Positions 1-10,322 of a DNA stretch of 64,000 bases are shown piece after piece. Position 1 is the stretch's first letter. The number at the start of each line of letters is the position of its first letter. This DNA comes from an uncultured Christensenella sp. GTDB taxonomy: Bacteria; Bacillota; Clostridia; Christensenellales; UBA3700. The position numbers and the translations under genes were made by a program. The notes below the pieces were generated by a model, which did not search any database, was not told where the DNA came from, and saw only the letters and a list, made by a program, of their open reading frames with translations. The stretch covers positions 73,345-137,344 of the forward strand of contig CASEHD010000001.1 in the NCBI GenBank assembly GCA_949287655.1, in the 5' to 3' direction.

Positions 1-715
1 GCTTCGCTTTTTCCTTTCTCAGCGTTTCATAGCTGTCTTTTATCGAAGAAGCGAGACCGTTGAGCTCGCTTATTATCGAAAAATCGAGCGCGTCCGAAGT
101 GTCGCAGGGTTTTATCTCGTAATCGCCGCTGCTGGCGCTCTTCAACGCGTCTCTGAGACCGACAAGTTTTGTTTCCACCTTATCCGAAAGGTTTTTCGCA
201 AGGACGTATGAAAGCACGAAGGCTATCAGAAGCGCCGCCGCGACGTATAAAAGAGCCATACCGCCGAAAGACCAGACGTCCGCCGCGCTTTCCGCGACCC
301 TTACGACCCTGAGCCCTTCCGCCGTTTCTACCGCTACGGCGTAGTAATACATATCCTTTTTCAGAGTGTCTGAATATCTTTTGACGACCTTCGGACTGCC
401 GTTCAGCGCGGCTACTATCTCCTCTCTTCCCGAGTGATCGTCCATACTTTCGCCGCCGCTCCTGCCGCTGTCGAAAAGCACGTTTCCTGTTTCGTCGACG
501 ACGGTAACGCGCGCGTTTCCGAAATCAGTCACTCTTTCCAGCGCGGACAGGTCATCCTTTATCACGTCCGAAAAGACGCCTGCGTCCGACACTATCTCTT
601 TCTTTATCCTGCTTTCCTGAACGCTGTAATAAGTGACTATTCCCGAAACGAAGACGACGAGCGCCGTAACGAGCGAGATCACGAAACTTTGCAGGATTAT
701 CTTTTTTTTCATCAT
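1..715 (-). CDS. phoR: Sensor histidine kinase, PhoR-like (N-terminal part only; C-terminus lies beyond the window start)
   Basis: Not in the ORF track because it runs off the window. Reverse translation from the ATG at 713-715 gives MMKKKIILQSFVISLVTALVVF... The layout is a TM helix, an extracytoplasmic loop of about 150 aa, a second TM helix (MALLYVAAALLIAFVLSYVL) and a HAMP-like linker. There is an ATGA overlap with the response-regulator stop. It is the last gene of the pst-phoU-RR operon. Confidence 0.7.
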   Translation of the reverse strand, partial: MMKKKIILQSFVISLVTALVVFVSGIVTYYSVQESRIKKEIVSDAGVFSDVIKDDLSALERVTDFGNARVTVVDETGNVLFDSGRSGGESMDDHSGREEIVAALNGSPKVVKRYSDTLKKDMYYYAVAVETAEGLRVVRVAESAADVWSFGGMALLYVAAALLIAFVLSYVLAKNLSDKVETKLVGLRDALKSASSGDYEIKPCDTSDALDFSIISELNGLASSIKDSYETLRKEKAK

Positions 716-1371
716 TCCACCTTATAACCTACGCCGCGCACCGTCTTAATCACGTTGGGAGCGCCCGCGCCCGACAGTTTCACCCTTATTTCGGCGATGT
801 GCATATCGAGGGCGCGCGTTTCGCCCATAAAGTTCTCTCCCCAGACCTCGTTGAACAGTTCTTCCCTGGGCACCGTCCTGCCGCTGGCAGAAAGCAGATA
901 TTCGAAAAGTCTGAATTCTTTGAGCGTAAGATTCAGATCTGTCTTTTTATAGAAAATGCGGTAATTGTTTTTATCTATCTCAAAGTCGCCGTGAATGCGC
1001 ACGAAGAGCCTGGCGCGCCTGAGTCCCGCCTTTACTCTCGCCAGCAGCTCCATTACCGAAAACGGCTTCGCCATATAGTCGTCCGCGCCCTTATTCAGAC
1101 CCTTGACGAAACTCATCTCGTCAGTCTTTGCGGATACTACTATCACCGGTATCCTTTCGTCCCTCGCGCGTATACCCGTGATTATAGAGTAGCCGTCCAT
1201 ATCGGGAAGCATTATGTCCACGATGACAAGCGCGGGCTTTTCTTCTTTGAAAGCCTCGAAAAACTCCTTGCCGCTGACGAAAATGCGGGTCTCGTAAAGC
1301 CCGTCGAACGCGCTTTCGTAGACCTCCTGTACTCCTTCGTCGTCTTCGATAACGTATATCAGATCTTTCAT
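712..1371 (-). CDS. phoP: OmpR/PhoB-family response regulator (219 aa from MKDLIYVIEDD)
   Basis: The receiver domain carries IEDD...VIVDIMLPDMDG...KPF. The C-terminus is a winged-helix domain (LTLKEFRLFEYL...TVRGVGYKVE). The ATG at 1369-1371 overlaps the phoU stop (ATGA), and the longer track ORF adds an unsupported N-terminal extension. Confidence 0.9.
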   Translation of the reverse strand: MKDLIYVIEDDEGVQEVYESAFDGLYETRIFVSGKEFFEAFKEEKPALVIVDIMLPDMDGYSIITGIRARDERIPVIVVSAKTDEMSFVKGLNKGADDYMAKPFSVMELLARVKAGLRRARLFVRIHGDFEIDKNNYRIFYKKTDLNLTLKEFRLFEYLLSASGRTVPREELFNEVWGENFMGETRALDMHIAEIRVKLSGAGAPNVIKTVRGVGYKVE

Positions 1372-2009
1372 TGGTGTTTGCTGTGTATTCCTGTATTGCC
1401 GAATTCTGCCCATTCGCAGATGTTGACGGCGTGATCTCCTATCCTCTCGTAATATTTTGCGATCATCAGAAGTTCCGCCGCAGTGCCCGCTATATCGGGA
1501 TCTTGTTTTATCTTTTCGACTATCCCCGCGCAGGCGAGGTCGAAAAGCCCGTCCATCTCGTCGTCGAGCGCCTGCGTCTTTTCGGCAAGCGCGACGTCCT
1601 CGTTGAGAAGAGAGTTTACCGAATCTCTTACCATCGTGAGCGCGAGCGCGCCCATTTTCAGGATCGCCTTTTCGTCCGTTCCCCCGCTAAGAGATATCGT
1701 CAGCCCCGCTATATCCGCCGCCTGGTCTCCTATCCTTTCGACGTCCGTGATGGCTTTCAGCATACACGAAACGTCTCTGAAATCCTTTGCGAACGGTTGA
1801 TTGCGGAGCAAAAGTCTCATACAGCCGTTTTCTATATCCGCTTCCGCTTCGTCCACCAGCTTATCCCTGTTTACGACGTCCGCGGCGGCTGCGTTGTCCG
1901 GTTTTACCAGAAGCGCGTTCGCCGAAGCCAACATTCCTTCGACCGTCCTGCACATCTTTGCAAAATCCGTTTTAAGCTTGTTAAGTCTGCTTTCCAGTCC
2001 GTTTTCCAT
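1368..2009 (-). CDS. phoU: Phosphate signalling regulator PhoU (213 aa)
   Basis: It shows the two-repeat PhoU architecture with paired E..RIGD motifs (DVERIGDQAADIA and YYERIGDHAVNI). The start is trimmed to the ATG at 2007-2009, which is preceded by AAGGAG. Confidence 0.9.
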   Translation of the reverse strand: MENGLESRLNKLKTDFAKMCRTVEGMLASANALLVKPDNAAAADVVNRDKLVDEAEADIENGCMRLLLRNQPFAKDFRDVSCMLKAITDVERIGDQAADIAGLTISLSGGTDEKAILKMGALALTMVRDSVNSLLNEDVALAEKTQALDDEMDGLFDLACAGIVEKIKQDPDIAGTAAELLMIAKYYERIGDHAVNICEWAEFGNTGIHSKHQ

Positions 2010-2067
2010 ACTCACTCCTTTATATTGTATCATTGTTGCGCCGCACCGCGCAAGCGCGCGCGACACG

Positions 2068-2859
2068 TCAACCGAATCTGCCCGTAATATAACGTTCGGT
2101 CTGTTCTTTCGTCGGATTGGAAAATATCTTTTCGGTCGTACCGAATTCAATAAGTTCCCCCAGAAGGAAAAATCCGGTCTTGTCTGATATTCTCGCCGCC
2201 TGCTGCATATTGTGCGTGACCATGATGATGGTCACCTTTTCTTTGAGTTCCGCGCAGAGTTCCTCTATCTTTCCGGTAGATATCGGGTCGAGCGCGCTGG
2301 TCGGCTCGTCCATCAGCAATATTTCGGGGCTTACCGACAACGCGCGCGCTATGCACAACCTCTGCTGCTGACCTCCCGACAGCGCAAGCGCGGACTTGTC
2401 CAGTCTGTCTTTGAGTTCATCCCACATCGCCGCGCTTCTTAAACTGGATTCGACGATCTCCGAAAGCGTCGCTTTGTCCTTTATCCCGTAAAGACGTGGT
2501 CCGTAAGTGATGTTGTCGTAAACGCTCATCGGGAAAGGATTGGGCTTTTGAAAGACCATTCCGACGTTCTTTCTCAACGTCTGCAACACGGTCCCCGGCG
2601 CGTAAATATCCTTGCCGCCGATCTCGAAAAGCCCCTCTATCCTGCACCCTTCGACCAGGTCGTTCATTCTGTTTATGCACTTTAAAAGGGTGGATTTTCC
2701 GCACCCCGAAGGTCCGATAAACGCCGTTATCTCCCCTTTGGTCACGTCCATATTTATATCTTTCAGCGCGTGGAAGTCACCGTAGTAGAGATTCACGTCT
2801 CTCATCTTCACCGCGACGTCCCCGAGCTTAAATCCGTCCGCTCTGTTTCTTTCTTTCAC
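2068..2859 (-). CDS. pstB: Phosphate ABC transporter ATP-binding protein PstB
   Basis: Motifs present: Walker [10 protein letters not shown], signature LSGGQQQRL and Walker [12 protein letters not shown]. The GTG start at 2857-2859 is preceded by AAAGGAG with 7 nt spacing. Confidence 0.95.
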   Translation of the reverse strand: MKERNRADGFKLGDVAVKMRDVNLYYGDFHALKDINMDVTKGEITAFIGPSGCGKSTLLKCINRMNDLVEGCRIEGLFEIGGKDIYAPGTVLQTLRKNVGMVFQKPNPFPMSVYDNITYGPRLYGIKDKATLSEIVESSLRSAAMWDELKDRLDKSALALSGGQQQRLCIARALSVSPEILLMDEPTSALDPISTGKIEELCAELKEKVTIIMVTHNMQQAARISDKTGFFLLGELIEFGTTEKIFSNPTKEQTERYITGRFG

Positions 2860-4840
2860 TTTTCTTCTCCTTTTCGGGCTTTATCGCAAATACCAGCGCG
2901 TTTATCGCCACGACTATAACTATAAGCGTCAGCGCGGTAGCATAAGCTTCGTTCATATAAAGTCCCTCGCTGGCGAACATATACATCATGACCGCGAAAC
3001 TGCTGCCCGGCGACATTATGTTTTTGGGCATGTTCTTAACCGAGCCCGCGGTAAGCAGCAACGCCGCGGATTCGCTGACTATGCGTCCTATGCTCAGCAC
3101 GACCGCGGTAAGAATACCTTTAAGCGCGCACGGCAGCACTATTTTTCCTATCGTATGCAGTTTGCCCGCGCCCAAAGCGTAACTGGCTTCCCTGTACGCA
3201 GTCGGTACGTTGATAAGGCTTTCTTCGACAGACCTGACTATCGTCGGCAGTATCATCACCGCAAGCGTGAGCCCTCCCGACAAAAGACTGTACCCCAGCC
3301 CGAGCGCGTCGTTGAAAACTATGACGCCGAAGAGTCCGAAAACTATACTGGGAATTCCGGAAAGAGTGTCCGTGAAAAGCCTTATCGCTTTTACGACCTT
3401 GCTGCCGCTCTTAGCGTATTCGACAAGGTATATCGCCGCACATATCCCTATCGGAAGCGCGACCGCGAGCGCGATCCCTATCAGCGCGCCCGTGCTGACG
3501 AACGCGGGGGCGAGGGAGTTTTTGCCCGACCCGCTCTCTCCGAACAGAAAATCGGCAAACCCTATCTGCGTAAACGCCGCGACGCCTTTGACGATTATAA
3601 ATCCTATGAGATAGGCGATCGCCGCGACCATGACCGCGGCGCCGGCAACGCACAGATATTTCAGGAATCTGCAATACGCCGTTTTCGTCCTGTATACATA
3701 AGCCCCGTTTTCATCCTTACAACTGCCCGAAAACGCGCGCGTCGCCTTGCTAACCGCGCCCGAAAACGCGGCTCCCGCCTTTGTAAAACACGTTCCGACC
3801 GCTTTTTTAGCTCTGTCCGCCGCGTCCGCGCAGGCGTTGAAAGTCTTTGTGAAAGCCGCGCCGCATACCGCGAAAGCGTACGCGGTCCTGCCTTTAAACC
3901 CCGCGGACTTTTCCGCAACGGGAACGTTCATTCTGAAAGACTTTTTATCCGCGTCCTGCGCTCTCCTGCCTTTGATCGAATAAAGTATACCGTTGAGTAT
4001 GAGTATGAACACGAGAAGCACAAAACCCGTTGCGACCAGCGCGCTTCTGTGTACGCCCGAAGCGTACGACATATCCATCACTATGTTGCCGGTCAGCGTC
4101 ATAAATCCTTCGAACAGCCCTTTTGGAAACTGCACCGTATTGCCCGCGACCATGATCACCGCCATCGTCTCGCCGACCGCCCTGCCTATACCGAGACCTA
4201 GCGCTGTCATCACTCCCGACTTTGCGGACGGTATCAGCACCTTGAACACGCTCTGCTCTTTGGTAAGTCCCAGCGCGAGCGCTCCTTCGTGGTACGCTTC
4301 CGGCACCGCGAGAAGCGCGTCTTTCGCTAAACTCGCGACCGTGGGCAGTATCATTATTCCCAGGACGAGCGAGACCGCAAGTATACCGGTGCCGTTTCCC
4401 GTCGGACTTATCGACGCGAGAGCGGGGACTATCTGTTTGAGTCCGAAATAGCCGTATATCACGCTGGGTATGCCCGCAAGTACGCTTACCGCCTGAACAA
4501 GCGGCTTCTTCAATTTTTTCGGACAGAAATACACGGTGAACACCGCGACCGCAACGCCGAGCGAGCCGCCGATCAGAAGCGCGCCGCCCGTCGCTATCGT
4601 CGAGCCGACTATCATCGGCAATATCCCGAACTTTTCCGACGCCGGTCCATCGTAGCCGGGCGCCCATGCCGTACCGAACAGGAAATTGCCCACCCCCGTC
4701 TCTCTGAACGCGGGTATGCCTGCGTAAAGAAGATATATTATTATCGCCGCGACTGACAATACGGCGAAACACGCCGCCATAGCGAATATCGCTTTGGCGA
4801 CGGTCTCTTTTATATCCGATGCTTTTATTCTCTTTTTCAT
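2828..4840 (-). CDS. pstCA: Fused phosphate ABC permease PstC-PstA (about 670 aa)
   Basis: A single uninterrupted ORF. The N-terminal half is PstC-like (GILPMIVGS...[13 protein letters not shown]...EGALALG). The C-terminal half is PstA-like ([11 protein letters not shown]...[19 protein letters not shown]...[11 protein letters not shown]). The start is set at the ATG at 4838-4840, because the track start is a TTG inside pstS. Confidence 0.85.
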   Translation of the reverse strand: MKKRIKASDIKETVAKAIFAMAACFAVLSVAAIIIYLLYAGIPAFRETGVGNFLFGTAWAPGYDGPASEKFGILPMIVGSTIATGGALLIGGSLGVAVAVFTVYFCPKKLKKPLVQAVSVLAGIPSVIYGYFGLKQIVPALASISPTGNGTGILAVSLVLGIMILPTVASLAKDALLAVPEAYHEGALALGLTKEQSVFKVLIPSAKSGVMTALGLGIGRAVGETMAVIMVAGNTVQFPKGLFEGFMTLTGNIVMDMSYASGVHRSALVATGFVLLVFILILNGILYSIKGRRAQDADKKSFRMNVPVAEKSAGFKGRTAYAFAVCGAAFTKTFNACADAADRAKKAVGTCFTKAGAAFSGAVSKATRAFSGSCKDENGAYVYRTKTAYCRFLKYLCVAGAAVMVAAIAYLIGFIIVKGVAAFTQIGFADFLFGESGSGKNSLAPAFVSTGALIGIALAVALPIGICAAIYLVEYAKSGSKVVKAIRLFTDTLSGIPSIVFGLFGVIVFNDALGLGYSLLSGGLTLAVMILPTIVRSVEESLINVPTAYREASYALGAGKLHTIGKIVLPCALKGILTAVVLSIGRIVSESAALLLTAGSVKNMPKNIMSPGSSFAVMMYMFASEGLYMNEAYATALTLIVIVVAINALVFAIKPEKEKKSERKKQSGRI

Positions 4841-4848
4841 CGCGCCCG

Positions 4849-5664
4849 TCAGACTATGCAACCGAAGTCGGCGATGATCTTCTTGCCTTCTTCGCTTTGT
4901 ATGAAGTCGATGAATCTTTCAGCCGCGTCGCTGAGCTGAGCGCCCTTCTTTACCGCGAGGACGAAAGGTCTCTGAAGCTTATAAGCGCCCGACTTGATGT
5001 TTTCGACCGTAGCCGCTACGCCGTCGAGAGATACCGCCTTTACCCTGTCGTTCAGCGAGCCGAGCGATATATAACCCATCACGTTTTCAGCGCCCGCAAC
5101 TCTTTCGATGACGCTGCCCGTCTGATCCTGCGTTTCGCCTTTGAGCTCTTTCAGCTCTTTCAGGCTGTTTCCTTCCGCGTTCTTGATAAGTTCGTTGAAA
5201 CCGTCTCTCGTGCCGCTGCCGTTACTGCGGTTCATCGGTGTGTTCACGCCGCCGATCGCCGTGCCTTTTGCGTACAGATCGTAGACCTGCTGAGATGTGA
5301 CGTCCGTCAGTTCGCAATCCTTATTGACTATTATCACGATACCGTCCTTGCATATCTCAATTGATTCGAGAGTCTCGAGCTCCTCATCTTTCAGCGCCCT
5401 GGACGACATTCCTATCTCGCATGCTCCTTTCTGAGCGTCCGCAATACCCTGCGAGGACCCTGAGCCCGTGATCTGTATCGTTACGTCCTGATTTTTCGCT
5501 TCGAAAGCCGCCGCAAGTTCTTCCATAAGCGGCGTGACCGACGTCGAGCCGGTGATAACGATCTCGCTGCCGTCCGAGCCGGTGCAAGCCGTAAAGCAAG
5601 CCGCGCAAGTAAGCGCCGCGACTACGCATATCGCCATAAGCGCGCATATTCTTTTGATCTTCAT
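4849..5664 (-). CDS. pstS: Phosphate-binding lipoprotein PstS
   Basis: It has a signal peptide with a lipobox (CFTAC) and PBP-type motifs (ITGSTSVTP, GSGSSQGI, RSNGSGTR). The RBS is AGGAGG. Confidence 0.9.
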   Translation of the reverse strand: MKIKRICALMAICVVAALTCAACFTACTGSDGSEIVITGSTSVTPLMEELAAAFEAKNQDVTIQITGSGSSQGIADAQKGACEIGMSSRALKDEELETLESIEICKDGIVIIVNKDCELTDVTSQQVYDLYAKGTAIGGVNTPMNRSNGSGTRDGFNELIKNAEGNSLKELKELKGETQDQTGSVIERVAGAENVMGYISLGSLNDRVKAVSLDGVAATVENIKSGAYKLQRPFVLAVKKGAQLSDAAERFIDFIQSEEGKKIIADFGCIV

Positions 5665-5730
5665 TTTTTTACCTCCTGCGTTTTACACTCAAAGTTTAGC
5701 AGAAAGCGAGCAATACAACTATCACGTCCG

Positions 5731-5758
5731 CGTCAGTAATTTGTAAGTTTTGTGTAAG
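5731..5758 (-). promoter_or_regulatory. Pho-box-like direct repeats upstream of pstS
   Basis: The minus strand reads CTTACAcaaaaCTTACAaattaCTGACG. These are three hexamers at 11-bp periodicity resembling PhoP/PhoB TT(A/T/C)ACA repeats, about 70 nt upstream of the pstS ATG. Confidence 0.4.
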
Positions 5759-5764
5759 CGGAGA

Positions 5765-5796
5765 AATAAAAAAGAAGCCCTTTCAGAGGACTTCTT
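5765..5796 (-). terminator. Rho-independent terminator after the ZIP transporter gene
   Basis: Minus strand AAGAAGTCCtctgaaaGGGCTTCTT forms a 9-bp stem with one G-U pair, followed by TTTTATTT. Confidence 0.7.
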
Positions 5797-5822
5797 AAAG
5801 CCGTTTTATTAAAATATCGCTG

Positions 5823-6620
5823 TCAGCCCAGAACGACGTCCAGCACCATCATCACGACGAAACCTACCATTACACCCCAGGTGCCGAGGTGCGGATGTTC
5901 CGCAAGTTTTGCGTCCGGGATAAGGTCTTCCGCGACGACGAATATCATCGCGCCGCCCGCGAACGCGAGAAGCCAGGGTTGAAGCACGCTGACGTACGCT
6001 GCGAGATAAAAACCCAGAACGGCGAATATCGGCTCGACTATACCGCTGAACGAGCCAAGCAGGAACGCCTTGTGTTTACTGCCCGTCAGATTTTTCATCG
6101 GCAACGCGACCGACGCGCCTTCCGGGAAATTCTGAATTCCGAGACCTATCGCCAGACCGAGCGCGGAAAGATAAGACGCCTGGTCGCCGAGAGACGCCGC
6201 CGCGCCGAACGCTACGCCCGCCGCGATGCCTTCCGGGATATTGTGTATCGTCACCGCAAGGAAGAGTTTAGTCGTCTTTTGAAAATTGCTGCGGCGACCT
6301 TCTTCCTTATCCGTTCCCGGGTGGAAATGCGGAATAACTTTATCCAGAAACACCAGGAAAAGTCCTCCGATTATAAAGCCTGCCGCCGCCGGGACCACGG
6401 AAAGATATTTGTTGTCGAAGATCTCCATCGCGCCTTCCATAGACGGCAGAAGAAGCGACCAGATCGTCGCCGCAATCATTACGCCCGCCGCAAATCCGAG
6501 AAAAAGCGTATTAAGCTTTGGAGAGATCTCGCCTTTGAAAAGATAGACCGTCGCGGAGCCGGCGCAGGTAAACAGAAATATAAGCGAAAAGCCGAGAACC
6601 ACTATGCCCGCGTTACTCAT
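5823..6620 (-). CDS. ZIP-family (ZupT/GufA-like) divalent metal transporter
   Basis: A multi-TM protein with the ZIP signatures HNIPEGIAAG and QNFPEGASVA. The RBS is GAAGAGG. Confidence 0.9.
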   Translation of the reverse strand: MSNAGIVVLGFSLIFLFTCAGSATVYLFKGEISPKLNTLFLGFAAGVMIAATIWSLLLPSMEGAMEIFDNKYLSVVPAAAGFIIGGLFLVFLDKVIPHFHPGTDKEEGRRSNFQKTTKLFLAVTIHNIPEGIAAGVAFGAAASLGDQASYLSALGLAIGLGIQNFPEGASVALPMKNLTGSKHKAFLLGSFSGIVEPIFAVLGFYLAAYVSVLQPWLLAFAGGAMIFVVAEDLIPDAKLAEHPHLGTWGVMVGFVVMMVLDVVLG

Positions 6621-6643
6621 TCAAACACCTCTTCATCCTTTTT

Positions 6644-6657
6644 GTATAATATTATAC
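6644..6657 (-). promoter_or_regulatory. Perfect 14-bp palindrome GTATAATATTATAC containing the -10 of the ZIP promoter (candidate Fur-family/Zur-type operator)
   Basis: The sequence is its own reverse complement. It contains TATAAT and lies 24-37 nt upstream of the ZIP ATG. It has an AT-rich TAAT/ATTA core like Fur/Zur/PerR boxes. Confidence 0.3.
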
Positions 6658-6738
6658 TACCCGACAGCAAAATCAGTATAGTTTTTTTACCCATTTAACG
6701 GAAAAGTTTTAAAATGTTTTTACGCGTCCTCCGGGCGC

Positions 6739-6770
6739 AAAAAACGGGCGGCGGATATTCCCGTCGCCCG
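6739..6770 (-). terminator. Rho-independent terminator after clpC
   Basis: Minus strand CGGGCGACGGgaatatCCGCCGCCCG followed by TTTTTT. Confidence 0.7.
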
Positions 6771-6784
6771 CGCGTTAAGCTTTG

Positions 6785-9310
6785 TTATTCGCCGTCTTTG
6801 CCGTCGTCGCCTTTATCGGGCTTTTCTTCGTTTTTCCCGGCGTTTTCTTCGCTCTTCTTGCCGACAGAAGCAAACGTCAGCTTTTCTCCGTTAAAATCGA
6901 CTTTTACTTCGTCGCCTTCGTTTATCTCCTTGGTCAGGATCTTTTCGCTGAGCTCGTCTTCGATCATCTTCTGGATCGCTCTCTTAAGAGGTCTCGCGCC
7001 GTATTCGACGTTACTGCCCTCTTTAACGATATGTTCTTTCGCCTTGTCGGTTATCTCGAGAGAGATACCGGTCGGCTCAAGCCTCTTTGTCAGCTGTCCG
7101 AGCAGCATATCCACGATCTTCGTCATATCGTCGTCGTTAAGCGAACGGAAGATTATCGTATCGTCGATACGGTTGAGGAATTCGGGACGGAATTTCTTTC
7201 TCAGCGCTTCCATCTGCCTTTCCTTCATATCCTCGTATTTCTTGTCGTCGTCCTTGCTGCCGAAGCCGAGCCTCGACGCCTTTATCTCGTTTGCGCCGAC
7301 GTTGGAAGTCATGATGACTATCGTGTTCTTGAAGTTGACCGTCCTGCCGTGAGAATCGGTAAGTCTGCCGTCGTCGAGTATCTGCAAAAGGATGTTGAAC
7401 ACGTCGGGGTGCGCCTTTTCTATTTCGTCGAACAGAACGACGGAGTAAGGCTTTCTCCTGACCTTTTCTGTGAGCTGACCGCCCTCGTCGTAACCGACGT
7501 AACCGGGAGCCGAACCGATGAGTTTGGATACGTTCTCCTTTTCCATATATTCGGACATATCTATACGGATCAGCATGTCTTCGTCGCCGAACATCGCTTC
7601 CGCGAGCGCTTTGCAAAGCTCCGTCTTGCCGACGCCGGTAGGCCCCAGGAAAATAAACGAACCGATAGGTCTCTTGGGGTCTTTGATGCCCGCTCTCGCG
7701 CGCCTTACCGCCTTGGATACCGCGCTTATCGCCTCTTCCTGTCCGATGACCCTCTTTCTCAAAATATCTTCCATCCTGAGCAGTCTTTCCGCCTCGCTTT
7801 CGGTAAGCTTGACGACGGGGATCGAAGTCCAGCCCGCGACTACGTTCGCGATATCGTCCGCGGTCACGGTGAGGTCCTCTTTGTCGCGGTTCTTCATCCA
7901 GTCTTCCTTAGCCTTGAGTATCTCTTCGTGCACGGCTTTCTTTTCCTTCTGGATCTTAGCCGCGCCCTCATAGTCCTCTCTCGAAGCGCAAGCCTTTTCG
8001 TCTATCGAAAGCTTCGCTTCCTTTTCTTCGAGCTCTCTTACGCCCTTCGGAAGAGTGAACGAGCCCGTCTTTTTCTTAGAAGACGCTTCGTCGATAAGGT
8101 CGATCGCCTTGTCGGGCAGATATCTGTCGTTGATATACCTGTCGGACATCTCCGCCGCCGCGACGAGCGCCTCGTCCGTTATCTTGACGCCGTGGTGCGC
8201 CTCGTACTTTTCGCGTATGCCTTTGAGTATGGTGACCGTGTCTTCGACTGACGGCGGGTCCACCATGATGGGCTGAAACCTTCTTTCCAGCGCGCTGTCC
8301 TTTTCAATAAATTTGCGGTACTCTTCAATCGTAGTCGCGCCGATCGTCTGCATCTCGCCTCTCGCCAGCATAGGTTTTAAAATGTTCGCCGCGTCCATCG
8401 CGCCGTCCTTTGTGTCGCCCGCGCCGACTATCATATGGATCTCGTCGATAAAGACGATTATGTTGCCGTTTGACTTTATCTCATTTATAACGGTTTTGAG
8501 TTTTTCCTCGAATTCGCCGCGATATTTGCTGCCTGCGACGAGCGAGGTAATGTCGAGCGAATAAACGTTCTTGTTCTTCAGCGTTTCAGGCACTTCGCCT
8601 TTTACGATAGCCTGCGCGAGTCCTTCGACGATAGCGCTCTTGCCTACGCCCGGCTCGCCTATGAGCACCGGATTGTTTTTTGTACGTCTGGACAGGATCT
8701 GAATTATCCTTTCGATCTCCTTGCTTCTGCCGATGATCGGGTCCAGCTTGCCCTGCGCCGCCTTTTCGGTAAGGTCGCTGCCGAATTTAAGCAGAGTCTC
8801 CGACAGTTTGCGGGCCTTGCCTCCCTGCTGAGGCGCGCCGAACGAATCGTCTCCCGTCCCGGTGCTTTCTTCCTCTTCTTCGTCGCCGAAGTTAAATTCG
8901 CCGTTAAGAAGAGACCTCGCGGTCGTATTCTTGACGCTCTCGACGTCCGCGATCGAAGCGATAGCCCTTACGCCGACGCTTTCCGGCTCTTCGAACATCG
9001 CGTAAAGCAACGCGTCCGAACTTATCGTATTTTCGCCGATCGAGCCCGCTATGCTTTTAGCGTATCTGAATATCGACTGCACTCTGTTGCTAAGCTCGAT
9101 ATTTCCCACTGTCGAACCGTCGGGAACGACCAGCCCTTGGAGCGAACTTTCGGTCACTCCGTATTTTTTGAGTATCTGATAAGCGCGGCATCCCTTCGCG
9201 GTCACCATGCCCATAAGCAGATGTTCCGTACCGAGAAGCCCGCCCGAAGTCGCCGCGAACTTCTGCGCGTTCACAACGACGTCTCTGCATTCTTTAGAAA
9301 AATTACTCAT
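6785..9310 (-). CDS. clpC: ATP-dependent Clp protease ATP-binding subunit ClpC
   Basis: It has N-terminal Clp repeats, two AAA+ modules ([18 protein letters not shown]) and a UVR-like middle region. It is the fourth gene of the ctsR operon. The RBS is AAGGAGG. Confidence 0.95.
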   Translation of the reverse strand: MSNFSKECRDVVVNAQKFAATSGGLLGTEHLLMGMVTAKGCRAYQILKKYGVTESSLQGLVVPDGSTVGNIELSNRVQSIFRYAKSIAGSIGENTISSDALLYAMFEEPESVGVRAIASIADVESVKNTTARSLLNGEFNFGDEEEEESTGTGDDSFGAPQQGGKARKLSETLLKFGSDLTEKAAQGKLDPIIGRSKEIERIIQILSRRTKNNPVLIGEPGVGKSAIVEGLAQAIVKGEVPETLKNKNVYSLDITSLVAGSKYRGEFEEKLKTVINEIKSNGNIIVFIDEIHMIVGAGDTKDGAMDAANILKPMLARGEMQTIGATTIEEYRKFIEKDSALERRFQPIMVDPPSVEDTVTILKGIREKYEAHHGVKITDEALVAAAEMSDRYINDRYLPDKAIDLIDEASSKKKTGSFTLPKGVRELEEKEAKLSIDEKACASREDYEGAAKIQKEKKAVHEEILKAKEDWMKNRDKEDLTVTADDIANVVAGWTSIPVVKLTESEAERLLRMEDILRKRVIGQEEAISAVSKAVRRARAGIKDPKRPIGSFIFLGPTGVGKTELCKALAEAMFGDEDMLIRIDMSEYMEKENVSKLIGSAPGYVGYDEGGQLTEKVRRKPYSVVLFDEIEKAHPDVFNILLQILDDGRLTDSHGRTVNFKNTIVIMTSNVGANEIKASRLGFGSKDDDKKYEDMKERQMEALRKKFRPEFLNRIDDTIIFRSLNDDDMTKIVDMLLGQLTKRLEPTGISLEITDKAKEHIVKEGSNVEYGARPLKRAIQKMIEDELSEKILTKEINEGDEVKVDFNGEKLTFASVGKKSEENAGKNEEKPDKGDDGKDGE

Positions 9311-9325
9311 ATCCTTCTACCTCCT

Positions 9326-10321
9326 TTATTTTTCCAGAAACTTTCTTCCCAGCGCCGCTCTCGCTTTATCTCTGTCGCGGGGTTGAAGCACCTTCGCCGC
9401 GAGCATACACAGCATTGCGGGCTGAGACAACGTAAGCAATTTGTTTATCTTTGACATGTCCCTGTCGATATAGCCCAGAGCCACGCCCAGTTTGACGTAT
9501 CCGAGAAGTTCAGAAAACTCCGCGGAATCTATCAGATAGCAGTTGGTGAGAATGCCGAACGCGCGCATTATCTTGTCCTGCAATTCCACCCCGTGCGTAT
9601 TTTTAAGGTTTTCCCTTTCCTTCCTTTCAATTTCGATTATGCTGCCGACCGTCTTTTTGACCAGCTTTATTATGTCATCTTCGCTCTTGCCGACCGTCGC
9701 CTGATTGGATATCTGATACATAAATCCCTGCGCAGAACTGCCCTCGCCGTATACGCCGCGGGTCGTGAATTCAAGCCTCTGCAAGTCGTTTATCAGCCTG
9801 TCGATCTTCTTCGTCATCGTAAGCGCCGGAAGGAACACCATCACCGAAGCCCTCATCGCCGCGCCCAGGTTGGTCGGACAATCGGTAAGATAACCGAGCA
9901 CCGGGTCGAAAGCGATATCCAGCTTTTCCGATATCTTTTCGTCCACTTTCAGTATCTTCCTGTATGCGCCGTCAAGGTCGAAGCCTTCCGTGATACACTG
10001 TTCCCTGATGTGGTCCTCTTCGTTTATCATCACCGATACGTCTTCGTCCGCGTTGACGGCGAGCGCGCCGAAATTGACGTTCTTTATCAGATCTTTGCTT
10101 ATCAGATGCTTTTCTACGTACGACTGAGCGAGAAGCTCGTCTATGTCGCACATCTTATAAAACTTGGTCTCAAAGAGTTCGTCGCACGCTTCCTTAACCC
10201 CTTTCATCAGAACGGAGTATATCTCTTCCTGTCCGCTCAGCCTTTTGGGGAAAGGGAGTTTTTTGATGTTTCTTGCCAGCCTTATTCTGGTGGATACGAC
10301 CACGTCGTCGACTTTGTCCAT
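9326..10321 (-). CDS. mcsB: Protein arginine kinase McsB
   Basis: This is an ATP:guanido phosphotransferase fold (RIRLARNIKKLPFP, NEEDHIR, CPTNLGA) located between mcsA and clpC. Confidence 0.95.
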   Translation of the reverse strand: MDKVDDVVVSTRIRLARNIKKLPFPKRLSGQEEIYSVLMKGVKEACDELFETKFYKMCDIDELLAQSYVEKHLISKDLIKNVNFGALAVNADEDVSVMINEEDHIREQCITEGFDLDGAYRKILKVDEKISEKLDIAFDPVLGYLTDCPTNLGAAMRASVMVFLPALTMTKKIDRLINDLQRLEFTTRGVYGEGSSAQGFMYQISNQATVGKSEDDIIKLVKKTVGSIIEIERKERENLKNTHGVELQDKIMRAFGILTNCYLIDSAEFSELLGYVKLGVALGYIDRDMSKINKLLTLSQPAMLCMLAAKVLQPRDRDKARAALGRKFLEK

Positions 10322-10322
10322 T

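Noticed and set aside
434-727. A plus-strand 97-aa ORF at the window start.
   Set aside because: It is antisense to the PhoR-like kinase N-terminus, which has proper TM/HAMP features and an ATGA overlap with the response regulator. The ORF has no RBS.
6782-8251. A very long plus-strand ORF (489 aa) antisense to clpC. Similar cases are 19699-20901 (400 aa, antisense to ppdK), 50007-51185 (392 aa, spanning aspS/hisS), 3155-4201, 18616-19638, 38994-40091, 46548-47561 and 52153-53097.
   Set aside because: All lie fully inside, and antisense to, genes with unmistakable conserved products. Their translations are low-complexity and Arg/Leu/Phe/Val-rich, with no motifs and no RBS. They are shadow ORFs, as expected in GC-rich coding sequence.
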